Shown here piece by piece: positions 40,220 through 55,689 of a DNA stretch of 64,000 nucleotides. Numbering within the stretch: position 1 is the first letter of the stretch; every line of letters starts with the position of its first letter. The stretch comes from Eledone cirrhosa (Eukaryota): the NCBI GenBank assembly GCA_964016885.1, contig OZ024740.1:86924001-86988000 (forward strand), read 5' to 3'. The translations under genes were made by a program, and so were the position numbers. The notes under the pieces were generated by a model that saw nothing but the letters and a program-made list of their open reading frames with translations, was not told the DNA's origin and searched no databases.

Positions 40220-43200
40220 TATATATATATATATATAAAATCATCATCATCACCACTATCATCGTTTGACATCTATTTTCCATGCTAGCATGAGTTAGAT
40301 GGGTTGTCCCGTTTGAAGCAAGTCAGGTCAGCTGACTGTGTCTTGCTCATACAGAACTATTTTTAGCTTGGTTTTTAAGGATGGATGTTCTTCCTAACGC
40401 CAACCATATTTACAGTTTGGGCTGGGTGCTTTTTGTTGTGACATCTACACGACCACTTTACAGTGTGGCTTTTATATATATATGCACACACACAAACACA
40501 CCTGTACAAGCACTGGATGAAATGGCCACTGTGACAGTGGAACACACCAAGGAAAAGTTAGTGCCATGACAGAATGCACCCAGTACACCTATGTAGTTGG
40601 TGATCAAACAGAGATGGTCTCTGTGTAGATTATAATCTCTCTATTATTGATGCCATGATAAAATGCATTCAATACACCCTGTAAGGTGGTTGGGATTAGG
40701 AAGGGCATCCATCCAAAGAAACCATGCCAAATATGAAATGTATGAGAGAGATGAGACCCCTATGACCTGTCTAGTCCGTGACAACCCAACCATCTTATGC
40801 CAACATAAGTAGACATAAATTGATGATATAAATATACACACATAAAGATAAATATACAGACACACACACAGACACACATCATTAAGGTAGTTCTCAGGGA
40901 GACTTGACACAGTGTGCTACAAGGTTGGTCGTTTAAATTACAGATACAACTCACTTTTGACACCTGAGTGGACTGAAGTGGCTTATTCAAGGACATAAGT
41001 TGCTGGGAATAGATCTCATGATGTTATGATTGTGAGCCAAACATCCCAAACTACTCAGTAATGCAACTGCAGACACACACACGCATATATATACCTTCTC
41101 CCTGACATCACATAAAAATTCTGTGTACATATTATAGCTTAATTGCTATAAAATATTGTTTTATCTTGCATCTTACTCCATGGACAGTGCTTTGGCTAGT
41201 GTCAGATGCTGTGACCCTGGTTGGACCAGCAGTATCATTGGTAGGGGCCGAAACTGCCAAAGTATATCTCAATGGCTGAAGAATCTGGAGTTCTGTGTCT
41301 TTCGTTTGTATTTTTATTTTCAAAAAATAATCTTTTAACGTTTCCCCTTCAAAAAGTTGTTTTTCGTTTTGCTTTGCTTCTGTTCGTTGTCTTGACTTCT
41401 CTTTGTAAATTTTCCTAGTTTATTATAGATGCATATACATATATATATATGTGTGTGTGTGTGCATACACAAGGATACATGTCTATAGATAGATCACACA
41501 CCTTCATGTTTTTGTAATGTAAACAAAAACATTGTGTATATATGATTATATGTGTGTGTTTGCTGTGTTGTGTGATATGTGTGCATACCCACATAGATTT
41601 TTAAAAAATATACTAGCTATAAAATACTCAAAAAAGCCTTTGCTACAAAAGGAAAACGCTAATAGAATGAAATAAGTGGTTGTCAGTAACAGATGTATAA
41701 ATAATTTAATAGACCAATCTCTACAACAATAGAAAACCAATTGAAAGCAATAAATATAGACCAGGTGAAACCAAACAGACCACATATAATAATATGTATT
41801 ACATGAACCAAAAGTATCCTGGCTACATAATACATGAACATGTTATCAAAATTCCATCAAACACAAGAAGACTATAAGTATTACACTTAATCATAAACTA
41901 TCAGTCATAATATATTGCAAACACATCTGAAATTAAAAATCTCTTCTGCCGCAAGCTAACAAGCCACTGAATAAATTTTTAGATGACTAATGTAATTTAT
42001 AAATTATATGCAAGCATGAAAGTTGTAAACTTCATGATCAATTGTTACATTATTCATAGAAGTACCTCACTTTCTTGTCAGCACATCATGCATCTAGAAC
42101 AAGGAGCCATTGAACACAATATTATACAAGAGCAAAGAAAACTAACTATAAAACATGAGTTGATAATGTAACTATATTTATATCAAATTCCCAACAGAAG
42201 TAAAAGATTGGTAATAGAAGCTATATTAATAGCAAAACATAACAGAAAAATTCAACAGACATATTGCACTAGCAACAAACTAACCAGACACTGTAGTCAA
42301 ATTATTTTCTGATTTACTGAATGAAACCTGATGTCAAAGGTAAATAAAAAAAAGATGAAGTAAGGTGATAACAAATGGAAAACAGACATCATTCTCATAA
42401 TATTCACCTAAAAAATAACAAGTGAGACTAAAATAAAACGGGTAAGTTTTGAAATATTGATGGAGCTAAGAAATTTACTGCTGTAAACAAAACATGGAGA
42501 CATAAAGAAATATGAACAATTTCTTAATACAATAGGAAGTTAAATCTAGAACAGTTGATCCCCACATTTTCACTAGTAAGGACCAGTTTCAGTGAAATGA
42601 ATTTTCCCACAGACCTCCACTACAATTACTCCCAGACTTTTATACAGAGAGAATAATGCTCAAAAGACAGAAATCATCATCAGTAACTAATGCCAATTTT
42701 CCATGATAGCAAGGGTTAGAAAGGATTATAGTTAGAGAACAATGGATACCCAATAGTGAGTGTATATTATTTTAACAAAATATTGAACCTAGCTCACAAA
42801 ACTACCCCAATACTACCTTTACAGACTCAATGTTGTTAACCAGTGACCTAGAGCACAGAGAGTATAATTGTTCTGAAGATTACTCAGCTAACAAACATGG
42901 AGGACAACAGAAATGCATTAGGATCAGATTAATATAGATTTTTAATACAGTTTAAAACAACTTAGTATTCACTCAGCTACATTAATTGGAATATAAATAG
43001 CTGTGATCATATTGCAATCTAACTAGAGAAATGATTGCTATCATTACAAATCATCTAAAAAAAATATGCCCAACACCTATAACACCATCAAGCTAGAAAC
43101 TAGGAGTATTGTTACTGAACTTAAAATAAATGGCAGAGTATAATTCTTAGCCACACACTTTATATCATGGTTAAGCATAATAAAAATAATTGTTCAAGCC

Positions 43201-46200
43201 ACTATTAACATAGGTCAATCAAACCTGCTAAAACAGAGTATGCTATAGGCAGTAAGAAAACTTTTGCCTCGATTATTATTAGAACTAAAAGTGTTGTAAA
43301 ACTTGCAGTCTATGTTTAGTGGTACATTTTCCACTGGAGAGGAGGAATGTCCAGTTGCTTATCTTATTTCCTTCTGAGTAGGAAGTCTATCTGGCTTGAG
43401 AGCTCTCCCCCACCTCACAATATTTAGTGTTAACAGAGACTGTTTATTTTGAGGTTTTGCTGAAACTAGTTTCTCAAAACAGAGTTTACTAAGATGAGCT
43501 TCTCCATACATATAATTTGGTATAGTGAAGAAACAGTGGGTTCATGTAGGAAACACAAAGATAGAGGGGAGAAGAGAAAGAGTGGAAAATTACCAAATAT
43601 ACTCAAATATAAGCTGACCCTTTATTCTATGACTGGGAAATGGGCAAAAATCCAATATAAGTGACACAACTAACACATTATGGTTAGATAGCATGGTTTT
43701 GAAATTCTCATGAGTGGAAAATATGTTTATGAAGTTTTAATGTGATATTTAAAATGTTTTAACCATATTGTGCCGTGTTCCCACTATAGCAATAACAACC
43801 TAAACATAATCTCTACCGGAATCCTGTTAAGATGGTAATAAACAACACACATAGAAAAAGAAGATAAAATACTAAAAGCACACAACCGACCCTGTTAGAG
43901 GTTTGTACTTACATGTGTTTATGACTAAATAGTAATGGCCTCCCCTATAGCTATTGTTTACTTTAGTTTCTAATTTTTAAAAAATGGGTTTCTCTTTGCA
44001 ATGAAACAAGCATCTGATAAATGAGCAAGGCCTAGAATTTTTACAGTTGAGTACATCATTGATGATATTTATTCCATGGAGGAAGATAAACAAGAATTTC
44101 AACAAGTTTACTCTTATGCACACTGTGTGAGTGATTCAGACAATGAAACTAATGAAAGTGTTGAAGAAAGTAGGGATTTGGGTGAACTAATTCGGTGTGG
44201 CACTCACACAGTTGGTACTGATAGGGGGTGGTGGAGATTATGTAAATCTAGATGAAGGGTGGGTAGACATTTACTGCATCTTGTGTTGATTCTGTCCATT
44301 AGTTTGCCTGCAATCATTACTCTTGAGCTGTGTGTGCAACTATTTATTATTGTTTGTTCAGGACACTAGGTAGAAGGTAACATTAGAGAGAAGAGAAAGA
44401 GAGCGAGAGTAATAAAATTCCAATTTTATGTAAGGTTGAAAGAAAAAACATAATTAAGCCAGAGAAAAACAGTTGGCATGTGTGTAGGTGTGCATGTATG
44501 CTTAAAGGATATTTGTGTATTAAAAAGTTCAAATTATAAAGGTTTGTTGAAAATATTCTCAAGAGAATGCATAAATAACTCTAATGATGATGTGGTAAAT
44601 GTAGAAAAACAGTGGTTGTTTTTATTTTTATGTCACATTTCCTGGCTTATATACAAATATATACAATTAGATAGACCTAAGCCTTTGACAAACAGAAGTC
44701 AACAAAATATATGTACCAGACAAATTACTAGCATTGATAAAACTGACTAACATGACTATAGTTTCATAACAGTAGTTAGTATTCATTAACATTTAACATC
44801 CTTTCCCCTACTAGCAATGGTTTGATGGATTGTATATGATCAAGTCAGTACTTAATCAGAACTTCTGACACCTCAAATGGGTCGGGAGTTGAAGTTTGCT
44901 AACATACATTTCCATGTGTTACAGAGTGTACTAAGTACATATTATTGTGACACCAGCACTGGGAGGCTGTCATGTCATTGGCCCAACTGATGAGTCATTT
45001 GAATCCTTTGTTTGGCATGTTGCTTTTCTAGATGGATGCTTTTTCTATTTCTAACTACTTTACAGAGTGTACTGGGTGAATTTTATTGTGGTATCAAAAC
45101 TAGAGAGGTTACTGTACTCTTGACACAACTGAAGAGTCTTCTCAACCCTTTGTTTAGAGAGTTTTCTATAGCCAGATGCCCTTCCTGATGTCAACAACTT
45201 TACAGGGTGTATTGTGATTAATTTTCATGGTGTTAACAATAGAGAAAATGCTCCTTGATTTGACTGGAGTGATGATGATGATGATGTGTCTTAAGTGAGA
45301 TGTATTTAAGCATGGAGTAAGAAATATAATACATATGATGTCAAGAGTAAGTGACAGCAAGAGAAGAAGAAAAGGATGACAGATATGATGTTATGAAGTG
45401 TCTGAACAAGAGAGAGAGATTTAAAAGGGGTGATTCAGATGTATGTATGACAATTGTGATGGGTTTTAACAGGGTGATATGTGGGGGTGATGGGGTGGGG
45501 CGGATACAAACAATTATGTCTGCCAACCAAGTAGGCTACAGTGGTATTCAAATTCAGAATGCAAAAAGTCAGAACAAATAATGCAAGGCATCTTGTCATT
45601 TCTTCTAATCCATTGCAGATTTGTCAATCCAGATGCTGCTAATTCATTGGAGTTTTATTTTAACAACCCCAAAAGGTTGAAAGGCAAATTTGACTATAGC
45701 TAGATTATAGTGCAGAGAGCCACAACAAATACTGCATGGTGTTTTTTCATTCAAGACTGTAACGACTGCCAATTCACCACCTATGACTTATTAAGACAAA
45801 GCTGCAATACACTAATTACAATTATAGATTTATAGGAACAATGGTGCAAATCAAACCATATGCAATTAAAACATTGGTTGGCTAAATTCTAAAGATCGAT
45901 TTATAAGTCAACTTATTTGATTTATAAGTAACCTTATTTGCCATATTTCTATACTTTTGCTTTTTTATAGGCTTTACATCAAAGTAACAGAAATAAAAAT
46001 AAATGAAAAGTGACAGATTTGGATATAGAAATTTCAATTGTCAATAAGTTAATAAAAAGGAAGTGAAAATGAAATGTATTTTAGTTTTGTATATTGAAAT
46101 ACAAAAATATTATAGAAACAGTGTAATAAAGAAATTAATAATACATAAAAAAACAACATACAAACAGCTCTCTACAGGCTGCACTGGGGTAAAGTTTCTT

Positions 46201-46240
46201 TCAACCAGCTGATATAAGGTTGGCAGGTATCTATAATTAC

Positions 46241-46312
46241 CTCGTTGTCTAGGTATCGTCTCATTTGTTCCACTATGGTTGGAGCTGTGGAGGGCATACC
46301 ATTCAAGATGTC
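46241..46312 (-). CDS. Candidate 72-bp symmetric exon (phase 1: GHLEWYALHSSNHSGTNETIPRQR)
   Basis: Acceptor ccattgtag|, donor GAG|gtaatt; GC-elevated, open, and phase-compatible with the 19836 exon. Confidence 0.5.
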
Positions 46313-48457
46313 CTACAATGGTACAGCATAACTGTACTAAAAATTTCTCTCATGCATATATGTACACTGATGAACTTAAACCCACTCCTCAGAAAACTCT
46401 ACACAATTAATTTAGCAGTAGCAAATTATTTCTAAAGATTAATATAAGATGAATGTTTGCTATGTAAGAATACAAAACCTTTCACATCACAGGCTGTAAA
46501 AATAAGAAGCATATTTAACCTGTTTTTGTAGCAGCAGTTAACTGAAAGAATAAATATTAGGGCATAGTTCTTTAAAAGATATAAACTTTAATAATAATAT
46601 AAAATTATTGACTGAAGAATGCATGAACTTATTGAATGATGATCTATGCATAAAATGTTTTCAAGTTAAAGAAAACATATTTTGTATTTCTTATTTATAC
46701 CTTGAATATGAAGGCTTTTGTACTCTTACTTTTCAACAAGAAAATTGATGTAAAAACATTTACTAATACACAAGAGATATTCAAGGACTATTAAAAATAA
46801 AGTAAAAAAAGAAAGATCGATATAAATGATAAAATTTATTCTAAATTCAAATATTTCAAAGCTATATATATATTTTTTATTTTTATAGTTGATGTATGTT
46901 ACAAATTATTTTGTTTCGAGTGATTAATTTTACCATGTTGTGTGTGAGTGAATCTACACTTAAACCACCCACACAGAATACCAACAGAGAATTATAAAAA
47001 AAAAAAAAAGAAAGAATAATAATAATGTGAACCTGATGTAACAACATTTGTATTTTAAATTCTGAAGATATTGAGTTTTTAACACATCCTAATGAGAGAA
47101 AATGTAGTTTTATTAGCTTACTAACTTCATTTAACTGATAACATCTAATTTGAAACATGACACCTGACTGTAAATGACATCAGCGAAGCTAGTTGGTGTG
47201 AAATATGCATTTATAAAATAAAATTAAATTGTGTAAGGAGTTAATCTTTTATTTGTAAAACTAGAAAAAAATATGAAGGCAAATACATTTTTATGTTTTA
47301 TTTTTTTGTTTTGTTATTTTTTAGATTTATCTTACTTCATGAAATATTAAAGTGACTGGTAGCTGAAGCAGCAGGGAGAATTCTAATTGTCTGCACAGCT
47401 CAATAATCAAAAAGATATTTCAAAGTTAATTAGAAACAATTTTCAGCAAGAAGACTAAGAATTATTAAGGACAGAAGAAAGTGAGTTGCTTAATTAGAGG
47501 AACCTAGTTTATTTTTTTCTATTTATTTGAGAGAGAGCAAACAGGAAAGCATAATGGTAAAACACTGAATGAGAGGGAGAGAGAGAGAATCAAAGAACAC
47601 ATGTGTCTGAAAGCATGAGTGATTACTGGAACATATCAGCAAATGTCAGGGGAACATGTGTAATGTATTTTATGGATGAATACACATATATGTGTGTGTA
47701 TTTCAGCAGTGAAAAGCCATGGAAAACATTACTATATTGTGTCAGTTTTACAGACATAATTTACTGGATCTTAAAAGCAGAACAAGCCTGACTCCTCAGT
47801 TTAAGCCTTGTTTTAAATTAATGTCTGTCATGTATAAATTACAACTTATCCTTATTAGAACACAACTCTGTGAACTGGCTACATATCTAAATGAAAACAA
47901 AATGAAGCCCAGGGAAATAACTCTAATATGCCAAATGCATGTACAGATGCTCTGAATGATGTACATAAAATTTTTATTGAAATTTTCCTCTTAGTTGGAG
48001 AAAGAAAAGAAAATCCTAGAGGCATTTGTTAGTGACACACAAAAATGAGATAATTTCAATGAATTGCAAATTAATTGAAAAAATTAATTCACAGGTTTAA
48101 GGGGAAATCTGATTTTCATTACTAAGAATGTTGAGTGGAACAATGTCAGTCTTAGTGGGTTTTGGCAGTGTAGTATAGACAACAGTAGCCAACTTGATCA
48201 ATAAAAATAAGTATTTTACATCTAGGAAAAAAAAGGGAGGGGGGGGTGTAATTTATTCTTAATTTATTGGAATTATTTCTCTTCTTTGTGTGCCAGTAAT
48301 TAATGCTGCCATTAGGTTTGTTTTCTTTCTCCAAATAAAATGAAAATGTTAATTCATCAAGAATGTTTTATATACATCATTCAGTACATCCATGTCTACT
48401 TGATTGCATATCTAATATGAGACAACTAAAGAAAGAACTGAGAAAGAGAAATAAGAT

Positions 48458-48677
48458 TTAACCCTTTTGGTACTAAACCACCTGAAACTGACAATGGTTC
48501 TACAATACAAAACTGCCTTAAAGTGTTTATATTTATCTAAAAACCTTCCACCATTATCTTATGGAAGAACTTTTATGCTTTCAAAACCAGCTTGATTATG
48601 GGAAAGTTAATTATATTACTGAATATCTTCAAATTCTTGATTATTTCCAAATAAAAATGTGTTAATGAAAGGGTTAA
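48458..48677. mobile_element. TTAA-flanked piggyBac-like MITE
   Basis: Inverted ends ttaacccttt and aaagggttaa. Confidence 0.6.
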
Positions 48678-50768
48678 TAAGTGCTGTAAACTTGATTATG
48701 TTTATGTTCCATGGGGGGGGGGGGGGGCTGAATTCTAATTATCCTTAGTTTTATCTATTCAAGACTAGTACCATGTTGTTGTACGAAAAAAAAAAAAACA
48801 AAAAAAAACATAATAACAACAAACAAAATAACCAAAACAAACTAAATCTGAGTTGTAGGCGTCTTAAGAATTGACAAACGAAAATGTATTTTGATGTTTT
48901 ACATAGACAGTGGCTAGTTAGATCATCAAAGCTGTTCTTTTTCTTCACTGAACCTAAAATGGTAGGACATGTTCTAACATGTTGATAACACCATCCCTAA
49001 TTATATATAGCTGTGTGCCATAAATAACAATTCTTCTTTTTTATATATCCAGATAGCTTCATATGGATGTCAATAGATTTGTTCACCCATTTTTAGTTAT
49101 GAGCATGAAAATGGACAGAAATATTTAAATTTACCTAAAAGCCTTCCAACATAATTTTATGTAAGAACCTTTGTTATGTTATGTTTTAAGCATCAACTTA
49201 ATGAGATAATTATTTTGCTAAATCCTTCCAAATTCTGAATTAGTTTCGTAATTATTTGAGAGTCATAAAAATAATGTTAGAGAGCAATTAAGTAGAAGTG
49301 AGAAATTTAACACATTATCTGCTGACATCTGTCAAAGAGTTACAAGTTCAGTGTATCAGTGACAGATGAAACTGAGACTTGGTCAAAAGCATTACTGATG
49401 TTATATGCAAAAGCTTGTGTGTGTAAACCCCAAGAATAGTTTGTTGAGGGAATCTCCTGTTTTTATTTTAAATACTAGTAACCAATAACAAAAGAGTTTC
49501 ACAATGGTATAAAAGATGATTATTTTCATTACCTAATAAAGGGCATCCAGCTGTAGAAAACCAGCCCCAAAACACCCAGCCCACACTGTAAAGTGGATGT
49601 GTAAAAGACATGGCAAAAAGCACCCAGCACACACTGTCGATCTGGTTGGCGTTAGAAAGGGCATCCAGCCGTAGAAAAGCAGCCAGAAACTTTCCTATAT
49701 GAGCGAGACACTGTTACCCAACGCAACTTGCCTCTAAATAGGACACACCCGTCTAACCCATGCTAGCGTGGAAGATAGATGTTAATCGATGATGATGATG
49801 AATAAAGCTAACAATAAGCATGGTGAAATAGACTGATTTTCTGGTGTATAAAGACATGCAATTGTACATTTTCATATCTCAATATGTATAAATATATAGA
49901 TATATATATTGGTCACTTGAAGATTTTTCTTCTTATTGGAAGAAAGTCCTTAGAAGAGTCGTTTTCTCCCAGTGTTGCATATCCTGGCTTGTTAGGATTT
50001 CTATTACCAGTCTTACCCTATGAAACTGCAGTCAGGGTATCTGAATTTATCTTGCTGACTTCTCCCATTTATGAATTTCTCTATATATAATTGGCAGGTG
50101 CACTAAGACAACATTAAGCATAACAGGGGTGTATATGCTTTCATATACACTCTTTGTGTGTGTGTGTAGACAGAAGATAGACTGAAGAGTTTCTGATACA
50201 CAGCAGCCACTAGAAAACAGCATAATATTGATCATTATGGATAATGATGTATTTCCCATGTTGAAATTTACTAAACAAAAGCTTATTGCACCTGTAATGA
50301 AATCGTACAATAGCCAAGCTGTTCTTGTACTAAACTGTAGCTTGCTATTTCATATTGTATGTATCGGCATATTAACATTCATTAATTCTGGCACAAATGG
50401 TCTTTTTCAGGTATAAAGGCTAATTTTCCAACTAATTTTCTCTCCTTAGCCGATAAATATTTTGATAGCAGCAGAGTTGTTTGAGGTCAATTTTGGCCAC
50501 TGCTGCCCCACCTGCAGGTCAGGTGACTGACAGCCTGTCATGTATATATTCTATTACTCTCTTGAAAATTTTCACTCCCATCATTAGCCTATCTGTCTCT
50601 CTTTCATACAAAAACATTCACAAATGCACACATTCTCTAGTTTACGATTTTGCTTCATCAATTTGTCTCAATTCTCTTTGTGATATCTATAGATTAATCA
50701 AATCCAATATTTGATGAAATAAATAACTCTACTTTAGACAAACAGAAAAATTCAGTTTATTACTTTAC

Positions 50769-50819
50769 CTTTGTTAGCCTTTTTGCCAAAACTTAAATAC
50801 CAGGCATCGACTTGAAACA
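50769..50819 (-). CDS. Candidate 51-bp symmetric micro-exon (xFQVDAWYLSFGKKANK)
   Basis: Acceptor aatttag| (weak), donor AAG|gtaaag; phase 1 to 1, open. Confidence 0.22.
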
Positions 50820-53559
50820 CTAAATTCATGAGTCATACATACCTATTAAATGCCTATTGACTGATTATAAGGAACAATGAGAATAATGAGTGAGAAAAAA
50901 TCGAACGCTAAAGAAATTTGAGAAGTACAAGCAAATTGGATACTAATTATAGCTGCAGGCATGACAGGCATGACTACACAGTTAAGGAGTTTATATTGCA
51001 GCCCCATGGTTTCAGGTTTACTTCCACTGTATGGTACCTTGGGTAAGTGTTTGCCACTATAGACTTGAGTTGACAAATGCCATGTAAGTGAAACTGGCTA
51101 AATAGAAACTGCAGAAGGTTGTCATGTGTTTGTATATATAGTGTGATGAGCTATCAATCGAGAAATGCACGGCACACGTGAATTATCATATTGATACTAT
51201 TTTGATTCCTCATTCCTATACATTATTATTATAATATATATATATATATATACACATACATACATATATGTGTGTGCGTGTATGTTTATGCCCCCTAACT
51301 TAGAGATTGATAAAATAAGTATCAATCTTGAAAATATAAATATAAGTACTGGGGTTAATACTATTGACTAAATCCCTTTAAAGCTGTGCCCCAACATGGC
51401 TGCAGTCTAATGACTGAAACCAATGAAAGGGTAAAAGATAAAAAAGAGATTTAAGAAGCCTCACATAATTGGAAAGTAATTATGACAAATGAATACTGCT
51501 AAGGTTTTCACAGCAATTAGAACTACCTCAAACATGGTTAAAAAATATTCTATTGTTTTTTTAATTATCATCGTCATTTTACATCTGTTTTCCTATGCTT
51601 GCATGAGTTAGATAGGTCCAGTAGAGCCTATCTTCACTAATTGCATTCCTTCATCATCTCCACAGTGAGATTCATTTTGAGATCAACTCTAATCACCTTT
51701 GACCTGATTTTACATCATATATTGGAGCTTCTTTCCAATGGAACTTCTTCACCTAGCAATCATCATCCATACACATTGCATTTCAATATCAGTGCAGTCT
51801 TCTCTCTTGCACACTTGATCTGATTCCTCCACATGTCCTCTGCATTGACCACGCATATCTCACTGCCATATAACATTGCACTCCTTATGCAGGTATCATA
51901 CAATCTACTCAGTGTACTTTATGAGGATGAGGTAAATTATGTAATCAACCCTAGTATTTGACTGGTACTTTATTTTATCAATACTAGAAAGATAAAAGGC
52001 AAAGTTGATCTTGGCAAGATATGAACTCAAAATGTGGAGAGCCAGAACAAATACCACAACATATTTTGTCTGAATGCCATTGTTATTCAAAGAAATAAAG
52101 GCTGTTTGATTGAATACATATGACATTGAGAAAACTCATTACTAGAACAGTTGTTAAAACAGCTAAATGCTGTGAAAGAGAGCGATGGGCTAAAATACCT
52201 CAGAAGACAGAGACCAGTGGTCAACAGAGAGACAATCCACAAGGTGGGTGACAGGCAGATGAAATATAGAAAAGATTGAATGAGGAGGAGGACAAGAAGT
52301 GCACAGGCACACAAAAATGACTGGAAGAAGGAAATAAAGAAAGGTGATGTACAAGACAAGTTTATGCACACATATCTTCACCCTCATCAGCTCTGAAACC
52401 AGCAAAATGTTTCACACGATTTATAAAAGTTATCAAATTTTTTGTATCCATTCTTTGGAATGTTGTGTTAGGAAATTGGTTTTATCATACATTATTACAC
52501 TTAGTAAAATGATTAAAGCTTGTAGTATATATATATATTTCTAAATAAAATATAAATCTGTTGATAATTCCTTCATATTGTTTTGAGTTTTATGTAATGA
52601 TGAAAAAATTTCATAACTTATTTTAATTTGAATTATCTCTAATGAGATCAGCACTCGATGTTATGTTAATCAGAGTTCATGTACAAGAGTTGATAGATTA
52701 CAGCAGAATAATTCTTGCTATTGCATTTGTCTGTAGCTTCATTGCCATCCTCCTCTTCCTCATCATTATTATAATAACTGCTTTCTATGCTGATGTAGGC
52801 TGGATGGGTTGCCACAATCTGAGTCTGTTTCTATTCAGAGTTATACCTAGAGAGAGTCAGAAGACGCCATATCACTTTTACACTCCATGTTTGTAATAGT
52901 TTCTATTGTTGTACGCTCTCCCTAACAGCAAATAATTTATAAAGTGTACTGAATAGTTTTTAACATGGCAACAATACTAGAGAAGTTCTGATGTTCTCAG
53001 TCAGTCATGTTGTCCTTGTTCATTTGCCAGTCATTTTACAGAGTATACTAGGTGCAATTTTTCATGATATGCATAATAATTATATCTAATTTTGGAGCAA
53101 GTTAACAAATTATTGGGGAGAACATAGTTAATTAAAGCAACCAAAGTATGGGTGGGAACCTCTATCTAATTTCTTTACCTGCTAGAAACAGTTGCCAAAT
53201 TTCCCTTGATTTACAATTTAACTAAAAATGTCATATATCAACAAGATGGGAGGGTTACAATTGGAAGACATTTGGTTAATGTGGATTTCATCATCATTGC
53301 AACCTTGGACGTACCTAGGGCTAAATGTCAACAACAACAACAACATGCAAGAATGACATGTAAAATCAATCTCAATCAAAATCAGAAAATAAAAATATCC
53401 AAATAATTAACCAAAGACACTTTACTAATCGTACCTATTAATTATCACAAGACACCCAACATAAATTAGTTTTTAGTGACATCAGAATAAAAATCAGATA
53501 GAATGAGAAACACAGGACAGTCAGGAAAGCTAAAGAACTTCCCTGTTAGAAGTAGGCTC

Positions 53560-55685
53560 AGAAAAGCTGTATGATGAGAGGGTGGAGACAGATAAACATG
53601 AAGCAGAGGACAATTGGAAGTCCCTATATGACACTCTATTGCAGGCTACTGATAATACCCAGGCTTGAGTAAACTACCAGCTAGACAAAATGTGACTTGG
53701 AGATGGGATAGTGTTGTAGATAGAGCTAAGAGAGAGATGCGGAAAGACAGGAAAAATGAGAGCAGCAAAGAGCAATATTAAGTAACTAAAAGACAAACGA
53801 GATGATGGGTATACTTAGCACAGTGAAGGTCCATGGCTTAGTGGTTAGAGAACTGGATTCACAATTGTGAGGTTGCGAGTTCAATTCAAAGGCTGGGCGA
53901 TGTATTATGTCCTTCAACAAGACACTTTATTTCATGTTGCTCTTTATGCCAAGAGTTGCAACCTGTAGATAGTATCAGCAATGGAATGTCCAGTGGAAAA
54001 ATTATTTCTGATTTGACGAGTTCCACGCCACTCAGTAAACAAATGAGGTCGGATCTTGTTGATCGATTCGATACTTAGCACAAAGAGATTTACCAATGCA
54101 TTACAAAGCAGTGTGTTATCATAAATCAGTATGATGTAGGGGGAAATTGTATTTGGAATAGTACTGACACACTTAGCAACACTGACACTCAGAAGAAAGA
54201 AGCCTAAAAAAGTTATGAGAGGTTAATGAATAAATGGGTGGAATAGAGAATAGCTTTATCAGACTAAACAGAGGGGCCAGCTATCAAAGTTGACATTTAT
54301 AGAGTCAAGGAAGCAATCAGAAAGATGAAAAATGGTAAAGCTGCTGGACCATCAGAGATAGTCACTTAGATGCTGAAATGCTCTGAGGAAATAGGAATCG
54401 GCTATTCACCCACTTAGTCATTCAGGAAATAAATGATGGGGTCATCCCAATGACCTGTACAGCAATACAATTATTAATCTAAACTATAATAAAGGAAGGT
54501 CTGCGGGATTGCGTACTGTTTATTTTTTTTAATCTTTTTTTTTTACTTTGAATAAATAATGAATGATTTATCTACTAAATTTCGTGGCTGTTCATTAAAT
54601 ATATTTTGTTTATTTAAAGATTCACCTCTTGAAAATTTCTGAAATGTCAACACTTCCGGTCGCGATCGCTTAAATAAACATACTAATTTTCCGTCACTAA
54701 TTTTCTCCTAATGCAGTTTATATATAATATCGTCTTTTTTAATGCATCATGGATTACGTTACTGATTACATAAGACAGTGTAACGCAGTCTTCATTCAAT
54801 TTCTATGTATTATATATTGTCAATTACGATTTTATTTGATGTATCATATCTACATGTATATATACCTGCATATAATATCAATATATATACACTACACATG
54901 CTAGTTTCTATAATGGTAAAAGTGATGCTCTTAAAAGGAGCAACTACAAAAGCATACAAATGCTGGATAGTTATATAAGTGACAAAAAGAGTTTTAGCAA
55001 ATCTAATTAACAAAAGAGTCAAATTATGCGATGCAGTTTGACCTTGTGCTTGGATAAATTATCACAGATGACCTCTTTTTAGTGAAACGACTCCTAAAAA
55101 AGTTTCTAACTAAATGGAAGCTACTATATCCAGATGTTAAAAAAGGCTTTGGGAGAGTACCACAGTCTGTTATCTGGTGGTCCTTAAGGAAATTGGGTGT
55201 AGATGAATAGTTTGTGAGAGCAATAAAAGCTAGGTACAGAGGTGTCATCAGAAAAGTGATGGCAATGAGTTTAATGAGGAATTCAATGTGCAGGTGGATG
55301 TTCATCAAGGCTCAGTCATCAGTCCCTACTGTTAATTATAGTTCTCCAGACCACAATAGAAGAGCTTAAGATTGGCTGTCCAAGGGAACATATGTATGCT
55401 GATGACCAGGTTCTTATATGAATCAATGGAAGAACTAGATAACAAATTTGTGTTGTAGAAACAAGAATCAAAAGGGAGTGGCCTTACTCAGTATGCAAAA
55501 ACGATAAAGGTAAAAATTCTATACAATGTAAGATTATAAGAAGTATAGTGGGATAGCAAGCAGGCTAACAAAAGGATACACTTTGTGTGTGGCAGACAGT
55601 TAATAGTAAGAACAACAATAAAATAAGTTTTATTCCAATCTTGAGAAGTCATGTAGAAACAGTTTCTGTTTCCTTGGTGACTTAA
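53560..55685 (+). mobile_element. Old RTE remnant interrupted by a SINE and a probable MITE
   Basis: Decayed matches to the 32-34 kb ORF (EGPA, KMKNGKAAGPSEIV, VIWWSLRKLGVDE, HQGSVISP, YADD). Confidence 0.8.
53823..54070 (+). mobile_element. tRNA-head SINE nested in the RTE remnant, with 12-bp TSD atacttagcaca
   Basis: TSD at 53811-53822 and 54071-54082. Confidence 0.8.
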
Positions 55686-55689
55686 TCAG

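Noticed and set aside
41177-41414. Open minus frame ending at GGA|gtaaga as a host exon
   Set aside because: The phase-0 donor is incompatible with the phase-1 19836 exon and the acceptor is ambiguous; unproven
43759-44260. Possible piggyBac left end and acidic N-terminal remnant
   Set aside because: Too decayed; no matching right end found
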